The translations under genes and the position numbers were made by a program. Below are positions 1-7,051 of a stretch of 24,000 bases of DNA, piece after piece (the first letter of the stretch is position 1; the number at the start of each line of letters is the position of its first letter). The notes below the pieces were generated by a model. It saw nothing but the letters and a program-made list of their open reading frames with translations. It made no database searches and had not been told where the DNA came from. Source of the DNA: Oscillospiraceae bacterium (GTDB taxonomy: Bacteria; Bacillota; Clostridia; Oscillospirales; Oscillospiraceae); NCBI GenBank assembly GCA_022795735.1, contig JAAWHG010000007.1, positions 49,770-73,769 on the forward strand, written 5' to 3'.

Positions 1-1694
1 TTGGCATCCTGGTTCTTCGTAATGCTGAAATGCTTGCTGCCACTGTAATTTGTTTCGGCACGAACCGTAACGTCCTCGCAGATGTCAACCATTTTCAGGG
101 TTGCAGCACCCTTGCTGTCAACGTCGATGTCCCAACGGTTGCCGTCAATGCGGACGTAGCGGTCGCTGCTGACGCTGACACGATAGAAGCTGTCGCCATA
201 GTTGATGTGCAGCCGGCGAATCTCATACTTGTCTTTGGTTGGTGTATAAGTAATAGCCAGATCGTCGCCATCATCGACGGAGTACTTGCTGGACTTGTAA
301 TTTACGCCGTTATCGCCTTTGACAGTAACGGTATGCTCGGAATCGTAGCTGTTGACAGAGAAAGACATATTTTCATTTACGCTGTTGACCACAATGCGGA
401 TGTAGTCATCGTCCACATCATAAACACGAATGTTGTCATACAGGTAGTCATCGGAATAACGCCCATCCCAACGGTAATAGAGATTGCCATTGCGGTCTGT
501 AAGAGCATCTTCGTCCAGATAGAAAGTACGGGAGGAATGAGACTGGGTTTCAATTGTGATAGAGCGAATCAGCGCATCACGTTTTGCCTCGAAATAGAAT
601 TCAAAACGGTCGCCGTCCGTTACAAAGTTTGCGCCTTCTTTATTACTGTAGACATCGTTGTCAGTATTTACTGCAACATAATGGATCTGATTGGAGGAGG
701 CGGCGGTGATGCTGACGTTGGCTTTGATTTCAGGAACAATCAGCGTGAGGCTGCCGTTCAGTTTCCGTTCCGCTTTGTAGGTATGACCGTTGACCTCAAC
801 AGAAGTATCGCTCATGGAAAGTACGGCCTTGCCGTCACCGTCCGCGATGTTCAGGTCTGTGATCATGTAATTGCTGTTGGGAGTAAATACAACTTTGCGG
901 GTTGCGCCAGAGGAAATGGTTTCGGTAACAACGTCGGCGGTGCAGTTGATGTCAGTATTCACAGTCAGATCAAACTTCTGGGTTTGATCTTTGGTCAGGG
1001 CAACGATGAAAAGGTTCCGGTTCAGAGAATCGGCGCTGACAGTAAAGGATCCGCCCTCGTCAGCGGTGATGTTCAGGGTCTGGTCAAGGATAGTGATGGC
1101 ACCGGGTTTGGCTTCCACCAGCCGGCCTTCTCCATCGGCGGCGTCAACGTGGATGTTGAAATGAGAGATTTCCTGACCGTTCTTAGGTGTGAAAGCCGCG
1201 CTGTACGCCTTGCCGCCAGCAACGGTGGTTTCGCCGGCCAGAACGTCGCAGGTGGCTGTGCCGCCGTAGTTGTTGTTCTGCCCATACGCGCCGCTTGCGG
1301 TATTTGTGGTATAGGTGACAGGCTTGGAAGCGACCTTGATCTGGATGTCATCGCTCAGAGTGTTGACATACTTGAAATGAAGGGTGCGAAGGCCGATGGC
1401 GTCAGTGTTCTTGTAAATCTGATAGCGGGTGCCGTTGGTCAACGTTTTGTCGATTGTCCTGCTGAAGTCGGCGTATGTATCCTCGATTTGACCGTCGCCC
1501 ACTGTCACCGTGTCAACGTCAGTCGCGCCGACAGTATGCAGTACAATATCGGGCGTATTGACGAGGATGGTATTCGTGCCATCGGCGAATGTGACGTTCA
1601 CCTGGCCGGACGCCGCGAACGCGGGGAGCGTCAGGGTGAGCATCAGGGCGAGAACTACCAGAAGATACATTGTTTTTTGCAGATTTTTCTTCAT
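1..1694 (-). CDS. Secreted or cell-surface protein, first ~564 codons (3' end lies beyond the window start)
   Basis: ATG at 1694 with a GGAGGA RBS (rc of 1702-1707). The N-terminus MKKNLQKTMYLLVVLALMLTLTLPAFA/ASG is a classic signal peptide. I checked codon by codon that this minus frame has no TAA/TAG/TGA down to base 3. It is missing from the ORF track because it runs off the window. Composition is beta-rich (T/V/D/N/G); no family recognised. Confidence 0.85.
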   Translation of the reverse strand, partial: MKKNLQKTMYLLVVLALMLTLTLPAFAASGQVNVTFADGTNTILVNTPDIVLHTVGATDVDTVTVGDGQIEDTYADFSRTIDKTLTNGTRYQIYKNTDAIGLRTLHFKYVNTLSDDIQIKVASKPVTYTTNTASGAYGQNNNYGGTATCDVLAGETTVAGGKAYSAAFTPKNGQEISHFNIHVDAADGEGRLVEAKPGAITILDQTLNITADEGGSFTVSADSLNRNLFIVALTKDQTQKFDLTVNTDINCTADVVTETISSGATRKVVFTPNSNYMITDLNIADGDGKAVLSMSDTSVEVNGHTYKAERKLNGSLTLIVPEIKANVSITAASSNQIHYVAVNTDNDVYSNKEGANFVTDGDRFEFYFEAKRDALIRSITIETQSHSSRTFYLDEDALTDRNGNLYYRWDGRYSDDYLYDNIRVYDVDDDYIRIVVNSVNENMSFSVNSYDSEHTVTVKGDNGVNYKSSKYSVDDGDDLAITYTPTKDKYEIRRLHINYGDSFYRVSVSSDRYVRIDGNRWDIDVDSKGAATLKMVDICEDVTVRAETNYSGSKHFSITKNQDA

Positions 1695-1721
1695 TTTTCA
1701 GTCCTCCTAACAATTTTTGAA

Positions 1722-1744
1722 AATATTGAGGGAAACCCTCAATT
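1722..1744. promoter_or_regulatory. Operator-like palindrome AATATTGAGGG-aaa-CCCTCAATT
   Basis: Perfect 8-bp inverted repeat ATTGAGGG/CCCTCAAT with a 3-nt spacer. It lies 30-50 bp upstream of the minus-strand secreted-protein start, inside the divergent intergenic region. Confidence 0.4.
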
Positions 1745-1790
1745 TAGATGAACCTATGGAAAATTGAAAAATAATATTAGCCGATGGTCT

Positions 1791-1801
1791 GCCTTTGCGG
1801 G
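1791..1801 (+). repeat. GCCTTTGCGGG 11-mer, copy a
   Basis: Exact 11-mer, followed by the G-run tract GGGGGcgctGGGGaGGG. One of five copies in the window (see findings). Confidence 0.8.
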
Positions 1802-1837
1802 GGCGCTGGGGAGGGAGAAGTAAACATATTATTCTGT

Positions 1838-1848
1838 CCCTCAATATT
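1838..1848. promoter_or_regulatory. Third half-site CCCTCAATATT (exact reverse complement of 1722-1732)
   Basis: This 11-mer is the perfect reverse complement of AATATTGAGGG at 1722-1732. It overlaps the -35 position of promoter P1. Confidence 0.4.
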
Positions 1849-1869
1849 CGATTTCAAATTCCGTATATA
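1841..1869 (+). promoter_or_regulatory. Promoter P1 (TCAATA-N17-TATATA, CCG 5' of the -10)
   Basis: Member of the recurrent promoter family: ttCCGTATATAT at 1859-1870, -35-like TCAATA at 1841-1846, exact 17-nt spacer. It lies 30 nt upstream of the ATG at 1900. Confidence 0.45.
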
Positions 1870-1899
1870 TTGGCAAATTTAAAAAATGGAGGAATTAAA

Positions 1900-2172
1900 A
1901 TGCAAACATTTCTGGAAGTGAAGGGAAAGATATTTCCTACAAGTGGAATTTTGAAACAGCTTGATATTGAAGACAAGGATCTTGAGGTTGAGCTGTGTAG
2001 ACGGGCGGCTTTGGGTGTGATCGGGGAGAACGCTTCGCCGGATTTCAATTGCCCTGCGATCAATTTGGATTCTCTGTCAAATGACAACGTTGTCCCCACA
2101 GACATCTCCGCTACGGAACAGGCGAGGGAAGATTCGTTTGTGAAAATCGAAAAGGCGGCGAGATTGGCATGA
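1900..2172 (+). CDS. Hypothetical protein, cassette gene A1 (paralog of 3314-3736)
   Basis: GGAGGA RBS at 1889-1894, then ATG at 1900 (internal to track ORF 1795-2172). MQTFLEVKGK...ASPDFNCPAINLD aligns with MKTYLEINGK...ASPDPHCPAMYLD of A2. The stop overlaps the next start (ATGA at 2169-2172). Confidence 0.75.
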   Translation: MQTFLEVKGKIFPTSGILKQLDIEDKDLEVELCRRAALGVIGENASPDFNCPAINLDSLSNDNVVPTDISATEQAREDSFVKIEKAARLA

Positions 2173-2465
2173 AAAGATGGTATACAGTTACATTTAACGC
2201 AAAGCTGGATGGGGAAGATGTTTGTGATATGAAAAACGCATTCTATCTGATGATGGCCCAGGAAATGCTCATCCAGGAATGTACAAACTTACAGATAAAA
2301 GCGGAAGATCCCAACACGCAGGAAATGAAGAGATGGTATGTAGTTTCCTTTGGTGCAAAAATGGATGAAGATGATCTTCGGGCTATGCAAAGCTGCTTTT
2401 ATCTGGCGATGGAAAAGACATTGTTCATCAAAGAATGCACAGAGCTTCAAATTAAGGCAATTTGA
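2169..2465 (+). CDS. Hypothetical tandem-repeat protein, cassette gene B1 (2 x ~45-aa module)
   Basis: MKRWYTVTFNAKLDGEDVCDMKNAFYLMMAQEMLIQECTNLQIKAE is repeated as MKRWYVVSFGAKMDEDDLRAMQSCFYLAMEKTLFIKECTELQIKA, with a period of 156 nt (W codons at 2178 and 2334). The same module occurs twice in B2 (4115-4408). Confidence 0.8.
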   Translation: MKRWYTVTFNAKLDGEDVCDMKNAFYLMMAQEMLIQECTNLQIKAEDPNTQEMKRWYVVSFGAKMDEDDLRAMQSCFYLAMEKTLFIKECTELQIKAI

Positions 2466-2478
2466 CTTTTGGACTCTA

Positions 2479-2508
2479 CGCCCCTTCCTGTTCTTGTAGG
2501 AAGGGGCG
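2479..2508 (+). terminator. Hairpin after B1 (10-bp GC-rich stem, weak T tail)
   Basis: cgccccttcc (2479-2488) pairs with ggaaggggcg (2499-2508) around a 10-nt loop. There is no strong U-tract, so termination efficiency is uncertain. Confidence 0.45.
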
Positions 2509-2516
2509 CTTCAAAG

Positions 2517-2545
2517 GTAATATGTAATATTTTATTTCGTATATT
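2517..2545 (+). promoter_or_regulatory. Promoter P7 (GTAATA-N17-TATATT), degenerate family member
   Basis: -35-like GTAATA at 2517-2522, 17-nt spacer ending in tttCG, -10 TATATT at 2540-2545. It sits between the hairpin and the dNMP kinase gene. Confidence 0.35.
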
Positions 2546-2623
2546 TCATTAGATTTCAAAAATGCTGTCAAAAACAGGAAAAGCTTTCGTTAAACGGAGC
2601 TGCGAAAATGGAGGTTTTACAAA

Positions 2624-3235
2624 ATGGAAATTGTATTTATTTCAGGAAAAGCCCAGCACGGAAAGGATACCTGCGCATGTCATTTGCAGAACATCCTTTC
2701 AAAGCATGGGAAGAAAGTTCTCATTGCGCATTACGGAGATCTGCTGAAATACATATGCAGGCAATTTTTCGGCTGGAATGGGGAAAAGGATGAAGCCGGC
2801 AGAACGCTTCTTCAGTTTGTTGGGACAGAAGTGATTCGCCGCAAAGCCCCGGATTACTGGGTCAGCTTCCTCAAAGACATCCTCAGATTCTTCCCCGACG
2901 CCTGGGACTTCGTACTGATTCCAGATTGCCGTTTCCCAAACGAAGTGGACATGATTGAGGGGACGCATCTGAGAATCGTGCGGGAGGGATTTGAGTCGCC
3001 GCTGACCAAAGAGCAGCAGTCGCATGAATCGGAAGTTGCGCTGGATAATCACCCCTACGATCAATTGATCATTAACAATGGGACGCGGTTTGAACTCCGC
3101 AGCAAATGTGAAGCTCTGGCAATGTCATTGGGATGGATCCCCCAGAGCAAGTATTGTACCGATTTCAAGGATGTTCAAGACGAGTCCTTTTGTGAGAAGC
3201 ATTGCCTGGGGACAACGTGCGCATTGAAGAGGTAA
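2624..3235 (+). CDS. Deoxynucleoside monophosphate kinase-like P-loop protein (T4 gp1-like)
   Basis: The N-terminus MEIVFISGKAQHGKDT matches the remembered T4 gp1 pattern (IFLSG.K.SGKDT). The later blocks YWV..F, LIPDCRFPNEVD and THLRIVREG...HESE...LIINNG follow the same order as gp1 (IVPDTR...E.D, VIHVVRPG, H.TE, VITNDG). GGAGG RBS lies 9 nt upstream. Confidence 0.65.
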   Translation: MEIVFISGKAQHGKDTCACHLQNILSKHGKKVLIAHYGDLLKYICRQFFGWNGEKDEAGRTLLQFVGTEVIRRKAPDYWVSFLKDILRFFPDAWDFVLIPDCRFPNEVDMIEGTHLRIVREGFESPLTKEQQSHESEVALDNHPYDQLIINNGTRFELRSKCEALAMSLGWIPQSKYCTDFKDVQDESFCEKHCLGTTCALKR

Positions 3236-3313
3236 GCGTCTAATATTTTTCGCTTTATCCCCTAAAATCCATCAGCCAGATCGCAAGATTTTGAAACAAG
3301 GAGGAGTATAAAC

Positions 3314-3736
3314 ATGAAAACTTATCTGGAAATCAACGGGAAGAAAATCTCCATGGATGATCTTCTGAAAGAACTGGGCGTTGACGCCGAGCCATGCGAA
3401 GTAAATCTCTGTCAGGATACACCTTCCGGAACAATCCGGGCAAAAGCATCGCCGGATCCCCATTGCCCCGCAATGTATCTGGATTTTGTTCGCAAAGACG
3501 ACCCTGACACACTCCCTATCGATATCGCCAAGACCGAAGGTCCGGCCGGCTGTCCAGTTCGGACGTATCTGTTTGATCGGGAGTCATATCATTTTGCGTA
3601 CTCCGATATGGATACACGCCCTGACGCTGAGGTCGATAAGAAACTGATGTCGCCTGAACTGGTTGTGAGCGGAGAGCCTTACCTGGACACAATCGTCAAG
3701 CTGGAAGACGAGTTTGTGCGGGTTTATGACATGTAA
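3314..3736 (+). CDS. Hypothetical protein, cassette gene A2 (paralog of 1900-2172 with a C-terminal extension)
   Basis: AGGAGG RBS. The N-terminal ~75 aa align with A1; the extra ~60 aa at the C-terminus have no counterpart in A1. Confidence 0.8.
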   Translation: MKTYLEINGKKISMDDLLKELGVDAEPCEVNLCQDTPSGTIRAKASPDPHCPAMYLDFVRKDDPDTLPIDIAKTEGPAGCPVRTYLFDRESYHFAYSDMDTRPDAEVDKKLMSPELVVSGEPYLDTIVKLEDEFVRVYDM

Positions 3737-3781
3737 AACCGGAACATAGGAAAGGAGGCTTGCCAGCGTTCCCCATTCAAC

Positions 3782-3810
3782 GGGTGTTGGGTGGGGGAAG
3801 CGCTGGGGGG
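3782..3810 (+). other. G-run cluster (GGG-N4-GGG-N1-GGGGG-N7-GGGGGG), potential G-quadruplex
   Basis: Four G-runs at 3782-3784, 3789-3791, 3793-3797 and 3805-3810, ending 2 nt before the ATG at 3812. They cover the position where an RBS is expected. Confidence 0.35.
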
Positions 3811-3811
3811 T

Positions 3812-4432
3812 ATGGAAAAATGTACGAAGTGTGCAGTGTTTTTCGTGTGTAATGAGCAAGTAGAGTTGAAATGCAAGACGAAATGCAGAAAATGCTTGCT
3901 GCGGTTCCACTGTGATGTACAAACAGAATGCATCTGCAAAACAAATGAATTTTGCAAGTATATCAAAGACTATGGAAATCACGGGCATTGGGAACCGCTT
4001 TATGTTTGTTCATACTGCGGACAAACCTCAAAGGTGCAATTTTCTGAATGCCCATGCTGTAATACCAATATGGATGGATTCGACCAATATATATCTGAGG
4101 AGGAAACGAAGTTGAAAAAATGGTACACAATTACTTTTAGCGCCAAATTGGACGAAAATGATGTCCGCGCAATGGGTAGCTGCTTCTATGAAGCGATGGA
4201 GGAATCCATGCTCATCTCGGAATGCTCGAATTTGAAGATTGAGGCGGAACCGGGCAGTGAAAATGGCGGTTCCAAAACCTGGCGCACTGTCACTTTCAGC
4301 GCCAAACTGGACGAGGATGACATCTCCGCAATGCGTAGCTGCTTCTATGAAGCGATGAATGAGTCCATGCTGATTCAGGAGTGCACAGATCTGGAAATCA
4401 AGGAGGAAGAAAAAGATGAAAACAATGGATGA
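3812..4432 (+). CDS. Hypothetical protein, cassette gene B2: Cys-rich N-terminal region plus 2 x ~45-aa B module
   Basis: ATG at 3812 (MEKCTKC...), inside track ORF 3791-4432. The N-terminal 100 aa carry many CxxC pairs (CTKC, CRKC, CSYCG...CPCC). The C-terminal half holds two copies of the WYTITFSAKLDENDVRAMGSCFYEAMEESMLISECSNLKIEAE module. Confidence 0.75.
   Translation: MEKCTKCAVFFVCNEQVELKCKTKCRKCLLRFHCDVQTECICKTNEFCKYIKDYGNHGHWEPLYVCSYCGQTSKVQFSECPCCNTNMDGFDQYISEEETKLKKWYTITFSAKLDENDVRAMGSCFYEAMEESMLISECSNLKIEAEPGSENGGSKTWRTVTFSAKLDEDDISAMRSCFYEAMNESMLIQECTDLEIKEEEKDENNG
4115..4408 (+). repeat. In-frame tandem duplication (2 units, period 159 nt) inside B2
   Basis: Units start at 4115 and 4274. 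An exact 22-mer, tagctgcttctatgaagcgatg, occurs at 4177-4198 and again at 4336-4357. Confidence 0.9.
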
Positions 4433-4823
4433 CTTCAAGGAAATTATGAATGCGGTTCACATCAAAGAAGGGCCTTTCCAACTCAGCCGAGATTTCAATT
4501 GGATAAATTACTCTGGCATCCTGACCAAACTGATCCAGGAGGCCGGACGTTGGTGCAGAAGATATGCCAGCGATCTGTTTATTGACTGGGGGGTAATTGA
4601 CAGACAGATCAAGGATCGTACCATCCAGAGCGGAAGCTACCTTTTTGGTTTTCGTGAGGACGGCGTTGATGATAAACTCTACATTTTTCACAGATATGAT
4701 GCAGATAAATACTGCCAAACCTACCGTGCAATTTGGCGGCTGGACATAGTTGTGGATGACGCCGCCTATCCCAGCAGCGATATGGTTGCAGTGTCGCTTG
4801 ATTTGTACGAAGTCGGGAGATAG
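4416..4823 (+). CDS. Hypothetical protein
   Basis: AAGGAGGAAG RBS; the start overlaps the end of B2 by 17 nt; protein-like composition; no family recognised. Confidence 0.7.
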   Translation: MKTMDDFKEIMNAVHIKEGPFQLSRDFNWINYSGILTKLIQEAGRWCRRYASDLFIDWGVIDRQIKDRTIQSGSYLFGFREDGVDDKLYIFHRYDADKYCQTYRAIWRLDIVVDDAAYPSSDMVAVSLDLYEVGR

Positions 4824-4855
4824 GTCTGCGAAGTAAATTGGAGGAGAAATCAAAA

Positions 4856-5053
4856 ATGTATAATCAGGAATCATGGTTTGAAGCGCCGGAGGAGCGCATA
4901 TTTGGTTGCTGCGACTTCTGCGGCAATGAAATTTACGAGGGCGAACCCTACTACAGCATTGGCGGCAAGATGATTCATGGTGAGTGCCTGGGAGATTTTG
5001 CTGCAAGTCATTTTGCGGGCTGCTTGAAGGAGGCTGTCTGCGATGGCATGTAG
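4856..5053 (+). CDS. Small Cys/His-containing protein, possibly 3'-truncated by the IS
   Basis: GGAGGAG RBS at 4840-4846, ATG at 4856 (MYNQESWFEAPEERIFGCCDFCGNEIYEGEPYYSIGGKMIHGEC...). The TAG stop at 5051 lies right at the left end of the IS element, and no terminator precedes the IS. Confidence 0.65.
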   Translation: MYNQESWFEAPEERIFGCCDFCGNEIYEGEPYYSIGGKMIHGECLGDFAASHFAGCLKEAVCDGM

Positions 5054-5088
5054 TTTTTGCAATGTGTCTTATCACACGTGGCGTAATA

Positions 5089-5109
5089 CCCCTGCCTTCA
5101 GGCATGGGG
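5089..5109 (+). repeat. IS left-end subterminal hairpin (CCCCTGCC-ttca-GGCA[T]GGGG)
   Basis: Stem of 4+4 bp with bulged T5105 and a 4-nt loop. Same architecture as the right-end hairpin. Confidence 0.8.
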
Positions 5110-5180
5110 ATATAAGCCACACCTTGTTCCCCCGTAAAAGACTTCCGGGGATTGCATTAGATATCGTTGAATGGTATAAT

Positions 5181-5579
5181 ATGGCCATGGAATATAAAAG
5201 CAATCACAATGTGGTGTACTCTTGCAAGTATCATGTGGTTTGGTGTCCAAAATATCGCCGCAAGGTCTTGGTCAATGGTGTCGATGTGCGATTGAAGGAA
5301 CTCATAGAGGAAATCTGCGACGAATACCGCACCGACATCATAGAGATGGAAATCATGCCCGACCACATCCATTTGCTCATGGAGGTAGACCCTCAATTTG
5401 GAATACACAAAGCTGTGAAGCTGATTAAAGGACGAACTTCCCGTATTTTGAGACAAGAATATGGATGGCTGCGCTCAAGGCTCCCATCTTTGTGGACAAA
5501 TTCGTACTTTGTTTCCACTGTTGGCGGCGCACCTCTTTCAGTGATTAAGCAGTACATAGAGAATCAGAAGAATGTATGA
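5181..5579 (+). CDS. tnpA: IS200/IS605 Y1 (HUH) transposase TnpA
   Basis: MAMEYKSNHNVVYSCKYHVVWCPKYRRKVL..., HUH motif in MPDHIHLL, catalytic Tyr region WTNSYFVSTVGG, ~132 aa. ATG at 5181 is internal to track ORF 5043-5579; ATG at 5187 is an alternative start. Confidence 0.9.
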   Translation: MAMEYKSNHNVVYSCKYHVVWCPKYRRKVLVNGVDVRLKELIEEICDEYRTDIIEMEIMPDHIHLLMEVDPQFGIHKAVKLIKGRTSRILRQEYGWLRSRLPSLWTNSYFVSTVGGAPLSVIKQYIENQKNV

Positions 5580-5588
5580 GGTGCAGGG

Positions 5589-6701
5589 ATGGAATACAGC
5601 TATAAATTCCGCATCTATCCCAACATGGTGCAGGTACAGCAGATACAGAGGACATTTGGCTGCTGCCGGTTCGTCTGGAACCACTACCTTGCATTGCGAA
5701 AGGAAATCTATGAGCATGACGGGAAAACAATGAACTATAATGCCTGTTCCGAGGATATGACACAGCTTAAAAAAGTCCTTCCGTGGTTGAAAGAGGTAGA
5801 TGCAACCGCTCTGCAATCCTCTCTGCGTGATTTAGATACCGCCTATCAGAACTTCTTCCGGCGGGTGAAGCAAGGCCAGAAGCCCGGCTATCCCCGGTTC
5901 AAAAGCAAACACGACCACCAGAGAAGATACAAGAGTAAGTGCGTGGGCACGAATGTCAAAGTGCTGGATAAAGCTGTACAGCTTCCCAAACTCGGCCTTG
6001 TGAAATGCCAGGTCAGCAAAGAGGTAAAGGGCCGTATCCTGTCGGCAACCGTCGGCCAAAATCCATCCGGGAAATACTTTGTCTCGCTGTGCTGTACTGA
6101 TGTGGAGATAGAACCGCTGCCCTCCACCGGGGCGGTGGCCGGTATCGACATGGGCCTGAAAGCATTTGCTATTACCTCCGATGGTATTGAGTATCCTAAC
6201 CACAAGTACCTGGCCAAGAGGCAGAAGAAGCTTGCCAGGCTCCAGCGGCAGCTGTCCCGAAAATCAAAGGGCAGTAACCGTCGGGAAAAGGCGAGAATCC
6301 AAGTTGCCCGTCTCCATGAACACGTTACGAATCAGAGGGCGGATATGCTCCACAAGCTGTCCACTGGCCTTGTGCGAGACTATGACCTGATAGCCATTGA
6401 GGATTTAGCGCCGTCCAACATGGTGAAGAATCACAGTTTGGCTCGGTCTATCTCCGATGCTTCCTGGGGCGAGTTCCGTCGGCAGTTAGAGTACAAGGTG
6501 GCATGGTACGGAAAGCAGGTGGTCACGGTAGACCGCTTCTTCCCGTCCTCTCAGCTATGCTCCGCCTGCGGCGCTCAGTGGCCTGGAACAAAGGACTTGT
6601 CCGTGCGCGAATGGACTTGCCCAGTGTGCGGCGCTGTCCATGACCGGGATGTGAACGCCGCAAAGAACATCTTGAATGAAGGTCTGCGTCTGCTGGCGTA
6701 G
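5589..6701 (+). CDS. tnpB: TnpB (IS605 OrfB) RNA-guided RuvC endonuclease
   Basis: Typical N-terminus YKFRIYPN...Q; RuvC D in GIDMGLK; E in IAIEDL; zinc ribbon CSACG...CPVCG; Ruv[15 protein letters not shown]; 370 aa. Confidence 0.9.
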   Translation: MEYSYKFRIYPNMVQVQQIQRTFGCCRFVWNHYLALRKEIYEHDGKTMNYNACSEDMTQLKKVLPWLKEVDATALQSSLRDLDTAYQNFFRRVKQGQKPGYPRFKSKHDHQRRYKSKCVGTNVKVLDKAVQLPKLGLVKCQVSKEVKGRILSATVGQNPSGKYFVSLCCTDVEIEPLPSTGAVAGIDMGLKAFAITSDGIEYPNHKYLAKRQKKLARLQRQLSRKSKGSNRREKARIQVARLHEHVTNQRADMLHKLSTGLVRDYDLIAIEDLAPSNMVKNHSLARSISDASWGEFRRQLEYKVAWYGKQVVTVDRFFPSSQLCSACGAQWPGTKDLSVREWTCPVCGAVHDRDVNAAKNILNEGLRLLA

Positions 6702-6846
6702 CCTACATATGGTACGGTGGGGCACACCGGAACCTATACGCTCGGGGACACCGTGTAAGACCTCGCTGGTGCAGGCTGTGGTGGTTGAGCCGAGAATCCC
6801 CCGGCTTTAGCCGTGGGGAGTGTCAATGCGCAAGCCGAAGACGAGA
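6670..6846 (+). ncRNA. Predicted TnpB omega (re)RNA scaffold plus ~20-nt guide. The 5' end is a guess.
   Basis: By analogy with characterised TnpB systems, the scaffold overlaps the tnpB 3' end and the right end (structured region 6700-6826). The guide is the flank immediately after TCAA: tgcgcaagccgaagacgaga (6827-6846). Confidence 0.45.
6798..6818 (+). repeat. IS right-end subterminal hairpin (CCCCCGGC-ttta-GCCG[T]GGGG)
   Basis: 4+4 bp stem with bulged T6814, preceded by GAAT (6794-6797) and followed by AGTGTCAA. Confidence 0.8.
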
Positions 6847-6902
6847 CTGATCACTATTATCCAAAGTTTTGCCCGGAGTGCGGACGAAAACATGAAGACT
6901 AA
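6828..6902 (+). pseudogene. Orphan coding tail AQAEDETDHYYPKFCPECGRKHED* directly right of the IS
   Basis: An open frame starts at the IS right junction, contains a CPEC zinc-knuckle half-site, ends in TAA at 6900-6902, and is followed 9 nt later by a strong terminator. There is no start codon or RBS of its own. Confidence 0.35.
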
Positions 6903-6910
6903 CATTTTGA

Positions 6911-6946
6911 AAACGCAAACTTTGAAATACAAGTTTGCGTTTTTTC
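6911..6946 (+). terminator. Rho-independent terminator (11-bp stem plus T6)
   Basis: aaacgcaaact (6911-6921) pairs with agtttgcgttt (6932-6942), and the T-run extends to 6946. Confidence 0.75.
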
Positions 6947-7040
6947 TTTCGGGTCAGAATGCAGAAAAACAAATGCGTCCCCCTGCCACCTCCCACAGAC
7001 CACTCAACTCCCCACACCACCCGACTCCTTCTCTCACACC

Positions 7041-7051
7041 CCCGCAAAGGC
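7041..7051 (-). repeat. GCCTTTGCGGG 11-mer, copy d (minus orientation)
   Basis: The plus strand reads cccgcaaaggc. On the minus strand the 11-mer is followed by a G-rich tract (the plus-strand C-runs at 6979-7043). Confidence 0.8.

Larger units (their letters stand above)
5065..6826 (+). mobile_element. IS200/IS605-family insertion sequence, IS608-like (tnpA + tnpB). The left boundary is approximate.
   Basis: Y1 HUH transposase plus TnpB. Both ends carry the same imperfect hairpin with an extrahelical T. The right end, GAAT-hairpin-AGTGTCAA, closely resembles the remembered IS608 right end and finishes in TCAA at 6823-6826. The left cleavage site was not determined (candidates: TTAT at 5069-5072, TCAC at 5072-5075). 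Confidence 0.85.

Noticed and set aside
30-1751. 573-aa plus-strand ORF, the longest in the track for this region
   Set aside because: It is the antisense shadow of the real minus-strand gene. It has no RBS and a V/A/D/I-rich nonsense-like composition. The opposite strand in the same codon register has an RBS, an ATG and a textbook signal peptide.
4398-5120. 240-aa minus-strand ORF
   Set aside because: It runs antisense across two well-supported plus-strand CDSs and the IS left end. It has low-complexity P/S/R-rich composition and no RBS.
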